Shown here one piece after another: positions 27,897 to 37,368 of a DNA stretch of 64,000 nt. The stretch covers positions 62,001 through 126,000 of the IMG/VR virus record IMGVR_UViG_3300009011_000002; one strand, written 5' to 3'. The notes under the pieces were generated by a model. That model made no database searches. It saw only the letters and a list, made by a program, of their open reading frames with translations, and was not told the origin of the DNA. Numbering within the stretch: position 1 is the first letter of the stretch; the number at the start of each line of letters is the position of its first letter. The translations under genes were made by a program, and so were the position numbers.

Positions 27897-29509
27897 TCCT
27901 CCATGCCACTGGTCATGGCTTTCAACATAAACAAGATGGGTTCGTTGACAGGGTCATACAGGAAACGACCACTGCCACTGATGTAGTACTCGCGCTTACC
28001 GAACAACTCACGCACCTGGGCCTTACTGTCTTCAGCGCACACGCTGTTACAGTTCAACTGGTCACCGTCGTGGTCGGAGTCGTAACCGGCTTCACGGGAA
28101 GGGTCCACCGACATGGCGTCGAAGTAGTCCGGGTTAGCTTGCTTGTGGGGATAGCGCATGCACACTTCCTGGACGTTCCATTCGGAGTCCATGACGTTAC
28201 GCTTAGTCGCCCCTACCACGGTCAGCAGGTTAACTTCTGCTGGCACAATGGAACCGATACCAATGATCGGGTAACGCGTTTGCTGAGCAATCTGATCCAT
28301 GATCGTGCTGTGGCACGACAGGTAGAACAGCTCCATGTACGTCATCGGTGTAACCAACCGACGGTCTTTGCCCTCAGGGAGGTCATTGATGTCATGGAGC
28401 ACACAGACGTCAGTGCCGTCGTCATACACCAGCGCCAGGTAATGGCCACTGATCATAATAGGCTTGTGACGCAAGTGGGTGTTGGAGAAGCCATTGAACA
28501 ATTTGGTCAAGCCGGTAGCCGTGGTCCACTTCTCAGCCGTGTTCGGCGAGACTTCCACGTACTCGTATTCAAACGTCTTCGGGTTAACCAAACGCGCGGA
28601 GTTGGAACCTGCGGTAAACACCGTATCCAGGTACTTCGTCAACAACGCGTTGATACACGAGTACGAGAAGTTCAACATCGCCTGGTACAGACCTACGTCG
28701 GTACTGTTCGGCGATACACCCGTCGACTCAAACAGATGCGGGCGGGAAACCTTACGGGCGGTAATAACGTTACGGGTACCGTTCGCTACACCACGGGTCG
28801 ACACACGACGCTGGAACAGACCACCCTTGCCATCCATCAGGCTGAACAGGTACTGGTCGATCTCGTTGTACGAGTTCTGCAGCCCCCACCTTACGTTGTC
28901 GTAAAGTGGATTGTCCCGATCTTCTTGACTCCCGATGGCGACGACTCGCGTGCGGAAGAGAAGCTTTCGATAATACTCGGTGAGTTCAGGCTCAACCGTC
29001 GCCCCGTTGGGCTGAAATTGGATGTCGCGAAGACCAGCTGGAGGAACGAGGACTTTAGCAGCTGACGCGATGGCTTTGAAACGCTCGACAAGTTGGACAC
29101 GTTGTTTCCTTTTGTGTGATTCGGTCATTGCCAGAATCAATTGAGGGAAATGGGACATAAAGAAACTATATCCGGTTTGCCCTTCAATGATGTTGGATTT
29201 TATGAAATCCTTGGCGTCTTTATCCCATACCGCGTATTCCGTTCCCTTGAGAATTCCAAGGTACAGGCCCTTCAGCTGAGTGATGGATTTGAAATACGAA
29301 GGGTTAAAAATTTCCAGCTTGGTATCGATGAAGGCTTCGGTCTCGTCGCGCTCTTTGCTACCGAGTTTACCGAAGATACCAACCGAGTATAACCCTTCAT
29401 CGTTGAGATTCTGGGTCATCCCTTCGAAAGCGTCTGTCGAGGTTACCTCTTTGTAGATACCCGGAATGACCTTTCGAAAGTCCAACAATGTTAGGTTAGT
29501 TGGATTCAT
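27893..29509 (-). CDS. Virion RNA polymerase beta' subunit with catalytic site (phiKZ gp180-like)
   Basis: GLYSVGIFG, VPPAGLRD, KGGLFQRRVSTRGV and catalytic loop DSDHDGD. Confidence 0.9.
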   Translation of the reverse strand: MNPTNLTLLDFRKVIPGIYKEVTSTDAFEGMTQNLNDEGLYSVGIFGKLGSKERDETEAFIDTKLEIFNPSYFKSITQLKGLYLGILKGTEYAVWDKDAKDFIKSNIIEGQTGYSFFMSHFPQLILAMTESHKRKQRVQLVERFKAIASAAKVLVPPAGLRDIQFQPNGATVEPELTEYYRKLLFRTRVVAIGSQEDRDNPLYDNVRWGLQNSYNEIDQYLFSLMDGKGGLFQRRVSTRGVANGTRNVITARKVSRPHLFESTGVSPNSTDVGLYQAMLNFSYSCINALLTKYLDTVFTAGSNSARLVNPKTFEYEYVEVSPNTAEKWTTATGLTKLFNGFSNTHLRHKPIMISGHYLALVYDDGTDVCVLHDINDLPEGKDRRLVTPMTYMELFYLSCHSTIMDQIAQQTRYPIIGIGSIVPAEVNLLTVVGATKRNVMDSEWNVQEVCMRYPHKQANPDYFDAMSVDPSREAGYDSDHDGDQLNCNSVCAEDSKAQVRELFGKREYYISGSGRFLYDPVNEPILFMLKAMTSGMEE

Positions 29510-29532
29510 TAGTTTGCCTTTAGGAGTTTGAG

Positions 29533-32500
29533 ATGTCCGATGATTTTGACGATTGGGGCGACGACCCCTTCGGTGGTGATCTGGACTTCGACGACGATTT
29601 TGATAAACCGGCGTCCAGTAAGGGCTTCATTCGCAGTTTCGCCACAGGGTTCCTCTCCGGTCTGGTAGAGAAAACGGTGGGGGATACCGATGCCCGCATC
29701 AACACACTGAAGATGGCGCTGCCACGTACCTGGATCGGTACGTTCAGCAACCTCCGCACCTTAAACGACCGTCGTCGTGAGGTGTTGGAAGACATCAAAG
29801 CAGAAAGTTTTACCACCGTACAGGACCTGCAATATTTGGCGGGCCGTGCCGCCAAAAAGTTGTCCGGTGGAGCTACTAATAAAATCTCGGAGCAGCTTAC
29901 CCGGTTCAGTGATCACGACTTCTCTGATTGGGAAAAGCAAGACGGTTCGGTTGATGACTCCGTCAGTATGGAGGACACGTCTGACGAAGACGTAGCCAAC
30001 ATCCTCCAGAATGAAGACGCCAACTCCATGCTCGAACGCGAGACAGTGGAGTCGGTGGGTCGTCGTACCATCAGCGCAATGAACGAAGTCGGTGGTCGTC
30101 AGATCGCCGGTCTCCACCAGCTTGCGTCGGAGATGGTCCGCACCAACAACCATCTGCAAAACCTGGTCGACTACCAACGGAAGGTACAAGCCCGTAACGA
30201 CGCAATGATGCTGAACGTTACGGCACGGCATTACCTGACCAGTGCCAAGTTCTACAAGTTCATGGAAGCGAGCCAACACCGGTCGATCCAAGAACTGAAG
30301 ATGATCACCAAGTTTTCCCGGATGTCCGATTACGAGAAGACCTCCACCGGTGACGCCTTCAAACGTTCCATGCGTGAGTCGATCTTCAACACCGCCAAGA
30401 GTTCCTTTGGTGGTATCCGTGATTTCATCATGGATAAGTTCGGCAAGGACACACGGGACGGTGCAATCAGTTCGGTAGGTGAGATTGCCGGTGCACTTCG
30501 GATGGCGTCTGAGATGTCCGAAGGCATGCCGATGGATTACGGCAACATGCTGGGTAACGCAGCAGCCGGTATCTTCATCAACAACTTGCCGAAGATGATC
30601 AAGTCGGATACTGGTCAGAAGTACCTCGACAAGTTCAAGAAGCAGTTCCCGAAACAAGCGAAGTGGGCGGAAGACGCTTACATCCGTATCGAGGACTTGG
30701 GTAACGTCGCGACCTACTTCACGGGTAATGCCGAGGGTACGGTTAACACCATGGCGAAGCATTACCGCTCCGACATGATGAACGACGAACCCGAGACCTA
30801 CGAAGAGTACGTAGACAGCCTGGACGATCCAGAGAAGGCTATCTCGAAGCTGGACTGGACCCTGACCCACCATGGACGTAAGGTGGCTAACAAGGGCTTG
30901 TCGAGCGTTCTGGAGAACATGTGGAACAGCGACGGCAGTAGCTACTCGTTGACCAAGCGTTCCCTCAAGGACAGCTTCGAGCGTCACTGGTGGACCCGTC
31001 AGTCTGACCGTACCCTGAACGAGATCATCCCGGCATGGTTCTCCAAGCTGCACCTGTCGCTGGAACAGATCCGGACTGGTAGTGATACTGTCCAGGCGGA
31101 GTCTTACGACTACGTCAAGGGTAAGTTCATCAGTGAGAAGCAGAAGGTTGCCACCGCTGTTAACACGGTACTGAATCACGACCAGTTCAGCATGCAGGCC
31201 AATGCGGCGAAAGACCTGGTTACCAACATCGACGTCGACAACGCATTGAGCCCGAAGGCTAAAGAAGCACTGGCCTTCCGCTTGGCGCGGGACACCGACA
31301 AGAAGTTGGGCTTCAACCCGTACAACTACCTCCGCTTCGAAGACGACGATGAACTCGACCGCATGCCTAAAAAGGTGCAGGACGAGATCCGTAAGGTCAT
31401 GATGGCGAACTTCGGTATTACCGAAGACCACATGAAGACCTTCTTCGAGACGGGTACGAACTACGACGTAGGCAAGATGTTGAACTACATGCCTACTGAA
31501 GAAGGTCGTAAGTTGCTGGCCAACGTATTCGAGCAGGCAAACACCCTGTCCGAGTTTGTACCAGATGTCAGTAACTCGTTGGACGTGATGCGTTCTACCG
31601 GGAGTTACGATGCCCTGAAACAAGCGGGTATCATCCGGACGAACGAACACGGCCAGGAGGAGGTTTCGAATGACCTGCTGTGGAACACCTTCCGTCAGTA
31701 CATCAAAGATCCAACCCGTAAGTCGGCAGCCATGCCGAAGGACCAACCAGTCCTGCCTACCAGGCCGTGGGGAGGCCACAACGGTGGACCTGATGCATTG
31801 CCACCGGTTCCAGGCAATCCTTCTCCTAATGGCCCTGGCGGCGCTCCTGCTGCTATCCAAGTGGAAGGGATGGACAAGGTCGTTGAGTCGTTGGGTAACC
31901 TCGACCAACTGAAGCAAGTACTGGCTGGTTTCCAAGGATTCCCGTCGGCTTCTCAGCTTGACCTGACCCCGGTTTCGACTGGGTTGGAAAGTCTTAACAC
32001 CAAGATCGCGGAGATCGTTACCCTCAACGGGGTGAACAACGATCTGTTGACCAAGATCCTGGAACGCCAACCGATTGCTCCGACAGGGGGTGGGCCTACC
32101 CCTCAAGAAGAATCGACCATCCAGAAAGCCAAACGAAGCCTGATTGAAAAGATTAAAGGGTTCTCGGTGAAAGACACCTTCAACAAGGGTGTCGAGATGC
32201 TGCTGGACCACGAACCAATGATCTTGGGTGGTCTGTTGGGTGGTATGGGTATGCTGGCCTTCCACAACCCTAAAGCGGCTGCTTTGATAGGCGGCGGTGC
32301 AGCGGTTGCGTTGGCGTACGGCAAGATCCGTAACTTGGCGATGGCCCGCAATGCGGATGACTCGGAAGACCTTTACGAGGAAGGGAGTACCACACCTATC
32401 CTCGAAGCTAACAAACTGGCCAACAAGAACTACTACGACGCGACGAAAGGTTTCCTCATCGAGAGCTGGAGTCAGATCACTGGTAGTGTACGGGACGCAA

Positions 32501-35500
32501 CCAACGACACCGTGATTGGTGCACGTCGCTTGGCAGGTAAGTTGTTCACTGCCGAGAACAAGGAAGTGTTCCTGAAAGGTTTGGACAAGGTGCGGGAGTG
32601 GATGGTCAAGGCCTTCCACATGATCGATCCATTCGGTCGCATGACCCGCATGAAGGACAAGTTGGTCGGTCGCTTCAAACAGATGGACGTCTATAAGGAA
32701 GGGGATGATGAGCCTACCTTGCTCGGTAAGAGTTTTGCGGGCGGTGCTTACTACAAGCAAGTAGACGGCAACATGGTCGTGTTGAATGGGTGGGATGAAA
32801 TTGACGGACCGGTCTATGATCGAGACGGCAATATGCTGATCACTCAGGAAGACTACGACCGTGGGCTGAAAACGTCCATGGGTGTTAGCATCAACAAACT
32901 GGGCGCCCTTGGTAAGCGCTCAATGGGTCTTCTGAAACAACTGGGTCTGAAGATCAAGGAGAAGGCTGCACCTTACGCTGGGAAAGCGAAAGACGGTGTG
33001 GTCAGTGCCTTCAAAGCCGACTACTCCCCTATCATTACCTCGGTTGACCGCATTCATAACCTGCTGTTGAAACACTGGGGTTATCAATCCGAAGCGCTGC
33101 CAAAAGCAGATGCCAACGAGGAAGTGGATCAGGACGGTAACCCGAGTCAAGAGGTTCCTCCTGAGGAAGCGGCTCGTCGTGAGGAGGAGGACAAAACGCC
33201 GAAGGGTGAAGCGGGTAAAGGGTTCCTGGGTAACATCACTGATGCGGTACGCCAGTCCGTGACTAACCGGCTTAACTCTGCTGCTGACAAAGAGCAGAAG
33301 GCCAAGGACGCCAAAACCGAAGAAGCCCAAGATGCCCTCATCAACATCAGCAAGAACTTTGCTGGTATGGGTGGGAAAGAAGATAAGAAGAAGAAGACCG
33401 GATTCTTCGGTATGCTTTCGAGTATCTTCAGTGGCATGACCTCCGCGATGCTCGGTATCTCCAAGTTCATGTTTGGCCCGATGTGGGGCGCCCTGAAACT
33501 GATGGGGACCTTTGCGTCGGTGGGTATCAAGGCGCTGCCGTTCATTGCAACGGGTATCGGTGCTTTGACCAAGGGGATCTTCGCACTGCTCAGTAAAGGG
33601 GGTGGGGTTGCAGGTGACCTGCTGGGTGGTATCACCGGTAAGGGTCGTCGGGGTCAACCACCACGGACGAATAAGAGCCGGATGTTGTCTGGCGCTAAAG
33701 GTGTGGGGATTGGTCTGGCAGTACTGGGGGCTACTGATGCCCTGGCTGCTAGCGGTGCAGTGGATCCAAATGGTGTGGTAGGCAGCGTACTGGATGGTGT
33801 GGGCACTGCCGCGAACATTTACGGTGGTGTTCAACTGGCTAGTGCGGCTGCAGGCTTGGCTGGTACCAGCCTGACGGGTATTGCAACTACAGCGGCTGGT
33901 TTTGCTGCGCCGTTGCTGTTCAACCCGATCACGTTGGGCGCGTTGGCGATAGGTGCTGCGGGTTACGGGATCTACAAATTCGTGACGCGTGGTGCAGGGA
34001 AACAACTCGAGATCCGGATGGCGCAGTACGGCTGTCAGGACATCGAGAGTGAACTGGCGAAGAAGATCCTCAAAGCGGAAGAGATGTTGACGGAGTTCGT
34101 GGTGATTGGTAATGCCCGAGCGTCGATGGACCGTCGCGCCCCACTGGAAGAGGTCATCAAGCTGTTCGTTGAAGATCCAAAGAACAACAAGGAAGTAGGC
34201 TCTGTCTACACCTGGTTCAATGGTCGCTTCAAGCCAGTCTTCCTGACGTACATGGCATGCCTCGATGTGGTCAAGATGAAGTCGTTGAAAGAATACGACG
34301 AGTCGAAAGACCGCAACGTGTACAACGTGGCGAAGCAAACCCACCAAGCGCTGTCTGCTGTGATGCCTTTCCCGTATGGGGTCGTGGCAAAGGTCGATCG
34401 GGATACTCCTATCATGGGAGAGAAGGCGACGGTCATTCGGATTAACAATCTGTTGCCGGAGCTTAAGGCTTACATCGACCGCCACACCTCGAAGAAGGAT
34501 GAGATCAAACCAGTCGACACCCCAGCAAGTATTCCCGTCTTGCAACAAGAGAAGGCGAAGCTGGAAGAGGCCCTGAAGAACCCTGCCAAGAACTTCGGCT
34601 CTGGTGTGGAATCCATCAAGCGGCAGGACGAAGCCCGTAACCGGTTGGCGACGATTGATAATCAGCTTAAACAACTGAACAACAATTACAAAGCCGGTAG
34701 TGTAGTGGCGGGTGTGTTCATCAAGGACTTGCTCCCTGAAGACCGTGCGATGGACCTGATGACCGCCATTCGTGTGGCGTGCTACGGTAACGATCAGGAT
34801 GTCCCATGGCGTGTCGAAGCTGTCCTGCGGTTGGAGCGTTACTCGGAGCAGTACCTCGTGTACAACGGGGATAAGGTAACCTTCAATGGACAGATCGGTG
34901 ATTTGTTCGGGCAGTTCAAAGATGCGTTCCGCTTGGACGATGGGGATGCAGAGGACTGGTGCAAGTGGTACCGTGATCGTTTCCTGCCGGTGTTCCTCAA
35001 CTACGCGCAGACGATGATGCAGTACCGTAAGGGTCGTCCAGGTTTGGTGTGGAAGTCCCTGTCGGCCACGGCACGTTACGAAATCAGCCGAGCCCTGATC
35101 GAAACCAAGGCGGAGATCACGAAGGCATTGATCGTTCCTATTTGGAACGTGAAGGTCTCTCCGTTCAAGGAAGGCGGTCGTTCGGCGGATCGCTACGACA
35201 AAATCGACCGTATGCTGAAACTGCTGGGTGAGGCCAGCACACAGGCTAAGCTCCGTGATCCTGAGGCGGAAGCAGGTCGTACCAACAGCAGCACGTGGGC
35301 CAATGCCATCTCCCCCCACAAGACGGGCGGTGGTTACACTGAGAAGCAGTTCAACACCATGACTGCAGATCAGGCACAGAACAAACGTGATGTAGCTGCG
35401 GGTGGGATGTACGGAACGAACACAGTTCGGGGCGCTGGCACCGGGAACACCTTCGGGGGCGGTGGGGTTTACAATACCCCCGCAACTCAATACGGTTATA

Positions 35501-37311
35501 AGCCGTTGACAGGTGACTCGGACACTAGCCACCTCGACATGAGTGGTGTTAAACCGCACGGTGCTCAGGGATCTGACACCGGGGTTAAAGTTCCGAAGAA
35601 GTTGGCGGAACAGCTTGTCATTCGCGAGATGTTGAAACAAGGCTTCACTGACCCTCGCGAAATCGCCATGTTGTTGGCACTCACCAACTACGAATCGGGC
35701 GGTTACTCCCAGACTGTTGAGAACATGAAGTACAGCAGTCCGGATCGTTTGGTCAAGATGTTCAAAGAAGTAACCAGCATCGAGCAAGCGAAGCAACTGA
35801 TTGCCGGTGGTGAAGTAGCCATTGCGAACGCGGTGTACGGTGGGGCTAAAGGTGCAAGCCTTGGCAACAACGAACCGGGTGACGGGTACAAGTTCCGGGG
35901 TCGTGGCTTCAACCACCTCACCGGTAAGGCTAACTACGCGAAGTATGCGAGGGCCTTGGGCGTTGACCTGGTTAACAAGCCAGAGTTGCTGTCGACTGAT
36001 CCTAACGTAATGGCTGCAGTAGCTGTCGAGTTCTACAAGAACAGCAAGCAGATGCAAGCGATCAAGGCTAACGGTGACTTCGGGTATGCTGCCAAGGGCT
36101 TGAACGGCGGCAATGCGCTCCCAGGCATGGACAAGCGTTACTCCATGTACTTGGACTACCTGAAGCAACTGGAGTCTGGCACTCTGAAGGCGGACCAAGA
36201 CAGTGCGGCTGGAGTGAATGCTCCAGATCCTGCTGCTGATCCGGGTGCGGGGGGTATGTACGCACCGATACCGAAGAGTGCTGCTCCGATGTTGGGAAGT
36301 GGCGCTGCACCGATGGTGGGTGCTGCTCCTGGTGGCGGGATGATGGGTGGAGGGCAGTACACCACACCATCTTCTGCTGGAGGGGGTGCCCCTGCGGGTG
36401 GTGGGGCTTACAGCGGCAACTACGGCAACCAAGGTGGCCCTGCTCCTTTGGGTACAGGCGCACCGGGTAGTGGGGCGGGTCTCCGTCTCAAGTCGCCGGA
36501 AGCGGTTGCTGGTGGTGCTCACCATCCGGGTGTAGACGCAGCGTGCAAAATGATTCAGCAGCGGGTGCCTAACTTCCGCTACTGGTCTGCATTGAACGAC
36601 GCGTACCATGTGCAGAAAGGTTCGAAGGGCGCCCACCCTAAAGGCCTGGCTGCGGACTTCACGTTAACGAACGGTGCTGCGGGCAGTGATGTTGCTGTTC
36701 GTATTGTTCAAGAGATCTTCGGACAGGCTGGGTTAACCGGTGCTGACGTAATGGTCATCAATGAATACCGGACGAAAACAGCCATTGGTACCGGCGGGCA
36801 CGTACACTTCCACTTCAAGTCGCCACAAGCAGCGCAGAAGTTCCTTGCAGCTGCTGGAGGATCGCAAGAGAACGGACAAGACACCACACCGGCCGGTGGA
36901 GGCCCAGTACAGGAACAGGACCGCGGGCAACCCGCAGCCCCTCCTGAGCAACCTACCGGGACAGTCCCAGCAGACACGGCGCAGCAGATGGCAGCGAACA
37001 ACGCCGCCGCTAATGCTCCAGCTGCTGCGGCTAGCCCTGCAGGCCAAGCCTCCAATGTTCCACCAGCCCCAAGCCCTGCACCTCAACAGGCCGCTGCTCC
37101 AACGCCAGCACCTCCTCCGCGAGCGAAAGCTCCTGAGCCGGCACCGGCGCCACAAGCAGCACCGCCGATTGATACGGCAGCCTTAACCCAAGCCATTGCG
37201 CAAGCAGTGTCTGCGGGTGACCAAGCAACGGTGGTGCTCCTTAAGGGTATCCTTGAGGAGTTGAAGAAATTCAACGCCAACGCTTCGAAAGCCAGCAGGG
37301 TGACAGTCTAG
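29533..37311 (+). CDS. Tape-measure / tail-associated lysin (phiKZ gp181-like) with GH19 and M15-type peptidase domains
   Basis: 2592 aa, helical N-terminal region with hydrophobic Gly/Ala segments. GH19 motifs YESGG...GN.EPGDGYKFRGRGFNHLTGKANY. Peptidase motif H-x6-D...HxH (GAHPKGLAAD...GHVHF). Pro/Ala-rich tail. Confidence 0.85.
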   Translation: MSDDFDDWGDDPFGGDLDFDDDFDKPASSKGFIRSFATGFLSGLVEKTVGDTDARINTLKMALPRTWIGTFSNLRTLNDRRREVLEDIKAESFTTVQDLQYLAGRAAKKLSGGATNKISEQLTRFSDHDFSDWEKQDGSVDDSVSMEDTSDEDVANILQNEDANSMLERETVESVGRRTISAMNEVGGRQIAGLHQLASEMVRTNNHLQNLVDYQRKVQARNDAMMLNVTARHYLTSAKFYKFMEASQHRSIQELKMITKFSRMSDYEKTSTGDAFKRSMRESIFNTAKSSFGGIRDFIMDKFGKDTRDGAISSVGEIAGALRMASEMSEGMPMDYGNMLGNAAAGIFINNLPKMIKSDTGQKYLDKFKKQFPKQAKWAEDAYIRIEDLGNVATYFTGNAEGTVNTMAKHYRSDMMNDEPETYEEYVDSLDDPEKAISKLDWTLTHHGRKVANKGLSSVLENMWNSDGSSYSLTKRSLKDSFERHWWTRQSDRTLNEIIPAWFSKLHLSLEQIRTGSDTVQAESYDYVKGKFISEKQKVATAVNTVLNHDQFSMQANAAKDLVTNIDVDNALSPKAKEALAFRLARDTDKKLGFNPYNYLRFEDDDELDRMPKKVQDEIRKVMMANFGITEDHMKTFFETGTNYDVGKMLNYMPTEEGRKLLANVFEQANTLSEFVPDVSNSLDVMRSTGSYDALKQAGIIRTNEHGQEEVSNDLLWNTFRQYIKDPTRKSAAMPKDQPVLPTRPWGGHNGGPDALPPVPGNPSPNGPGGAPAAIQVEGMDKVVESLGNLDQLKQVLAGFQGFPSASQLDLTPVSTGLESLNTKIAEIVTLNGVNNDLLTKILERQPIAPTGGGPTPQEESTIQKAKRSLIEKIKGFSVKDTFNKGVEMLLDHEPMILGGLLGGMGMLAFHNPKAAALIGGGAAVALAYGKIRNLAMARNADDSEDLYEEGSTTPILEANKLANKNYYDATKGFLIESWSQITGSVRDATNDTVIGARRLAGKLFTAENKEVFLKGLDKVREWMVKAFHMIDPFGRMTRMKDKLVGRFKQMDVYKEGDDEPTLLGKSFAGGAYYKQVDGNMVVLNGWDEIDGPVYDRDGNMLITQEDYDRGLKTSMGVSINKLGALGKRSMGLLKQLGLKIKEKAAPYAGKAKDGVVSAFKADYSPIITSVDRIHNLLLKHWGYQSEALPKADANEEVDQDGNPSQEVPPEEAARREEEDKTPKGEAGKGFLGNITDAVRQSVTNRLNSAADKEQKAKDAKTEEAQDALINISKNFAGMGGKEDKKKKTGFFGMLSSIFSGMTSAMLGISKFMFGPMWGALKLMGTFASVGIKALPFIATGIGALTKGIFALLSKGGGVAGDLLGGITGKGRRGQPPRTNKSRMLSGAKGVGIGLAVLGATDALAASGAVDPNGVVGSVLDGVGTAANIYGGVQLASAAAGLAGTSLTGIATTAAGFAAPLLFNPITLGALAIGAAGYGIYKFVTRGAGKQLEIRMAQYGCQDIESELAKKILKAEEMLTEFVVIGNARASMDRRAPLEEVIKLFVEDPKNNKEVGSVYTWFNGRFKPVFLTYMACLDVVKMKSLKEYDESKDRNVYNVAKQTHQALSAVMPFPYGVVAKVDRDTPIMGEKATVIRINNLLPELKAYIDRHTSKKDEIKPVDTPASIPVLQQEKAKLEEALKNPAKNFGSGVESIKRQDEARNRLATIDNQLKQLNNNYKAGSVVAGVFIKDLLPEDRAMDLMTAIRVACYGNDQDVPWRVEAVLRLERYSEQYLVYNGDKVTFNGQIGDLFGQFKDAFRLDDGDAEDWCKWYRDRFLPVFLNYAQTMMQYRKGRPGLVWKSLSATARYEISRALIETKAEITKALIVPIWNVKVSPFKEGGRSADRYDKIDRMLKLLGEASTQAKLRDPEAEAGRTNSSTWANAISPHKTGGGYTEKQFNTMTADQAQNKRDVAAGGMYGTNTVRGAGTGNTFGGGGVYNTPATQYGYKPLTGDSDTSHLDMSGVKPHGAQGSDTGVKVPKKLAEQLVIREMLKQGFTDPREIAMLLALTNYESGGYSQTVENMKYSSPDRLVKMFKEVTSIEQAKQLIAGGEVAIANAVYGGAKGASLGNNEPGDGYKFRGRGFNHLTGKANYAKYARALGVDLVNKPELLSTDPNVMAAVAVEFYKNSKQMQAIKANGDFGYAAKGLNGGNALPGMDKRYSMYLDYLKQLESGTLKADQDSAAGVNAPDPAADPGAGGMYAPIPKSAAPMLGSGAAPMVGAAPGGGMMGGGQYTTPSSAGGGAPAGGGAYSGNYGNQGGPAPLGTGAPGSGAGLRLKSPEAVAGGAHHPGVDAACKMIQQRVPNFRYWSALNDAYHVQKGSKGAHPKGLAADFTLTNGAAGSDVAVRIVQEIFGQAGLTGADVMVINEYRTKTAIGTGGHVHFHFKSPQAAQKFLAAAGGSQENGQDTTPAGGGPVQEQDRGQPAAPPEQPTGTVPADTAQQMAANNAAANAPAAAASPAGQASNVPPAPSPAPQQAAAPTPAPPPRAKAPEPAPAPQAAPPIDTAALTQAIAQAVSAGDQATVVLLKGILEELKKFNANASKASRVTV

Positions 37312-37321
37312 TCCTTGAACC

Positions 37322-37343
37322 GGGTGGGGGTCACTCCCCACCC
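37322..37343 (+). terminator. Hairpin terminator candidate
   Basis: GGGTGGGG-GTCACT-CCCCACCC followed by TTCCTTTT. Confidence 0.55.
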
Positions 37344-37368
37344 TTCCTTTTACATAAGCGAGAAAACC

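Noticed and set aside
28891-29392. Alternative ORFs (28891-29100 minus, 29141-29392 plus) as an explanation for the beta' low-GC patch
   Set aside because: The +1 and +2 frames have stops within the patch, the plus-strand ORF is the usual shadow frame, and neither has an RBS or protein-like features.
36860-37200. Pro/Ala-rich tail of the tape measure as a tandem repeat or overprinted gene
   Set aside because: It is low complexity without a fixed period, and the alternative-frame ORFs (e.g. 36761-37186) lack an RBS and a coherent domain.
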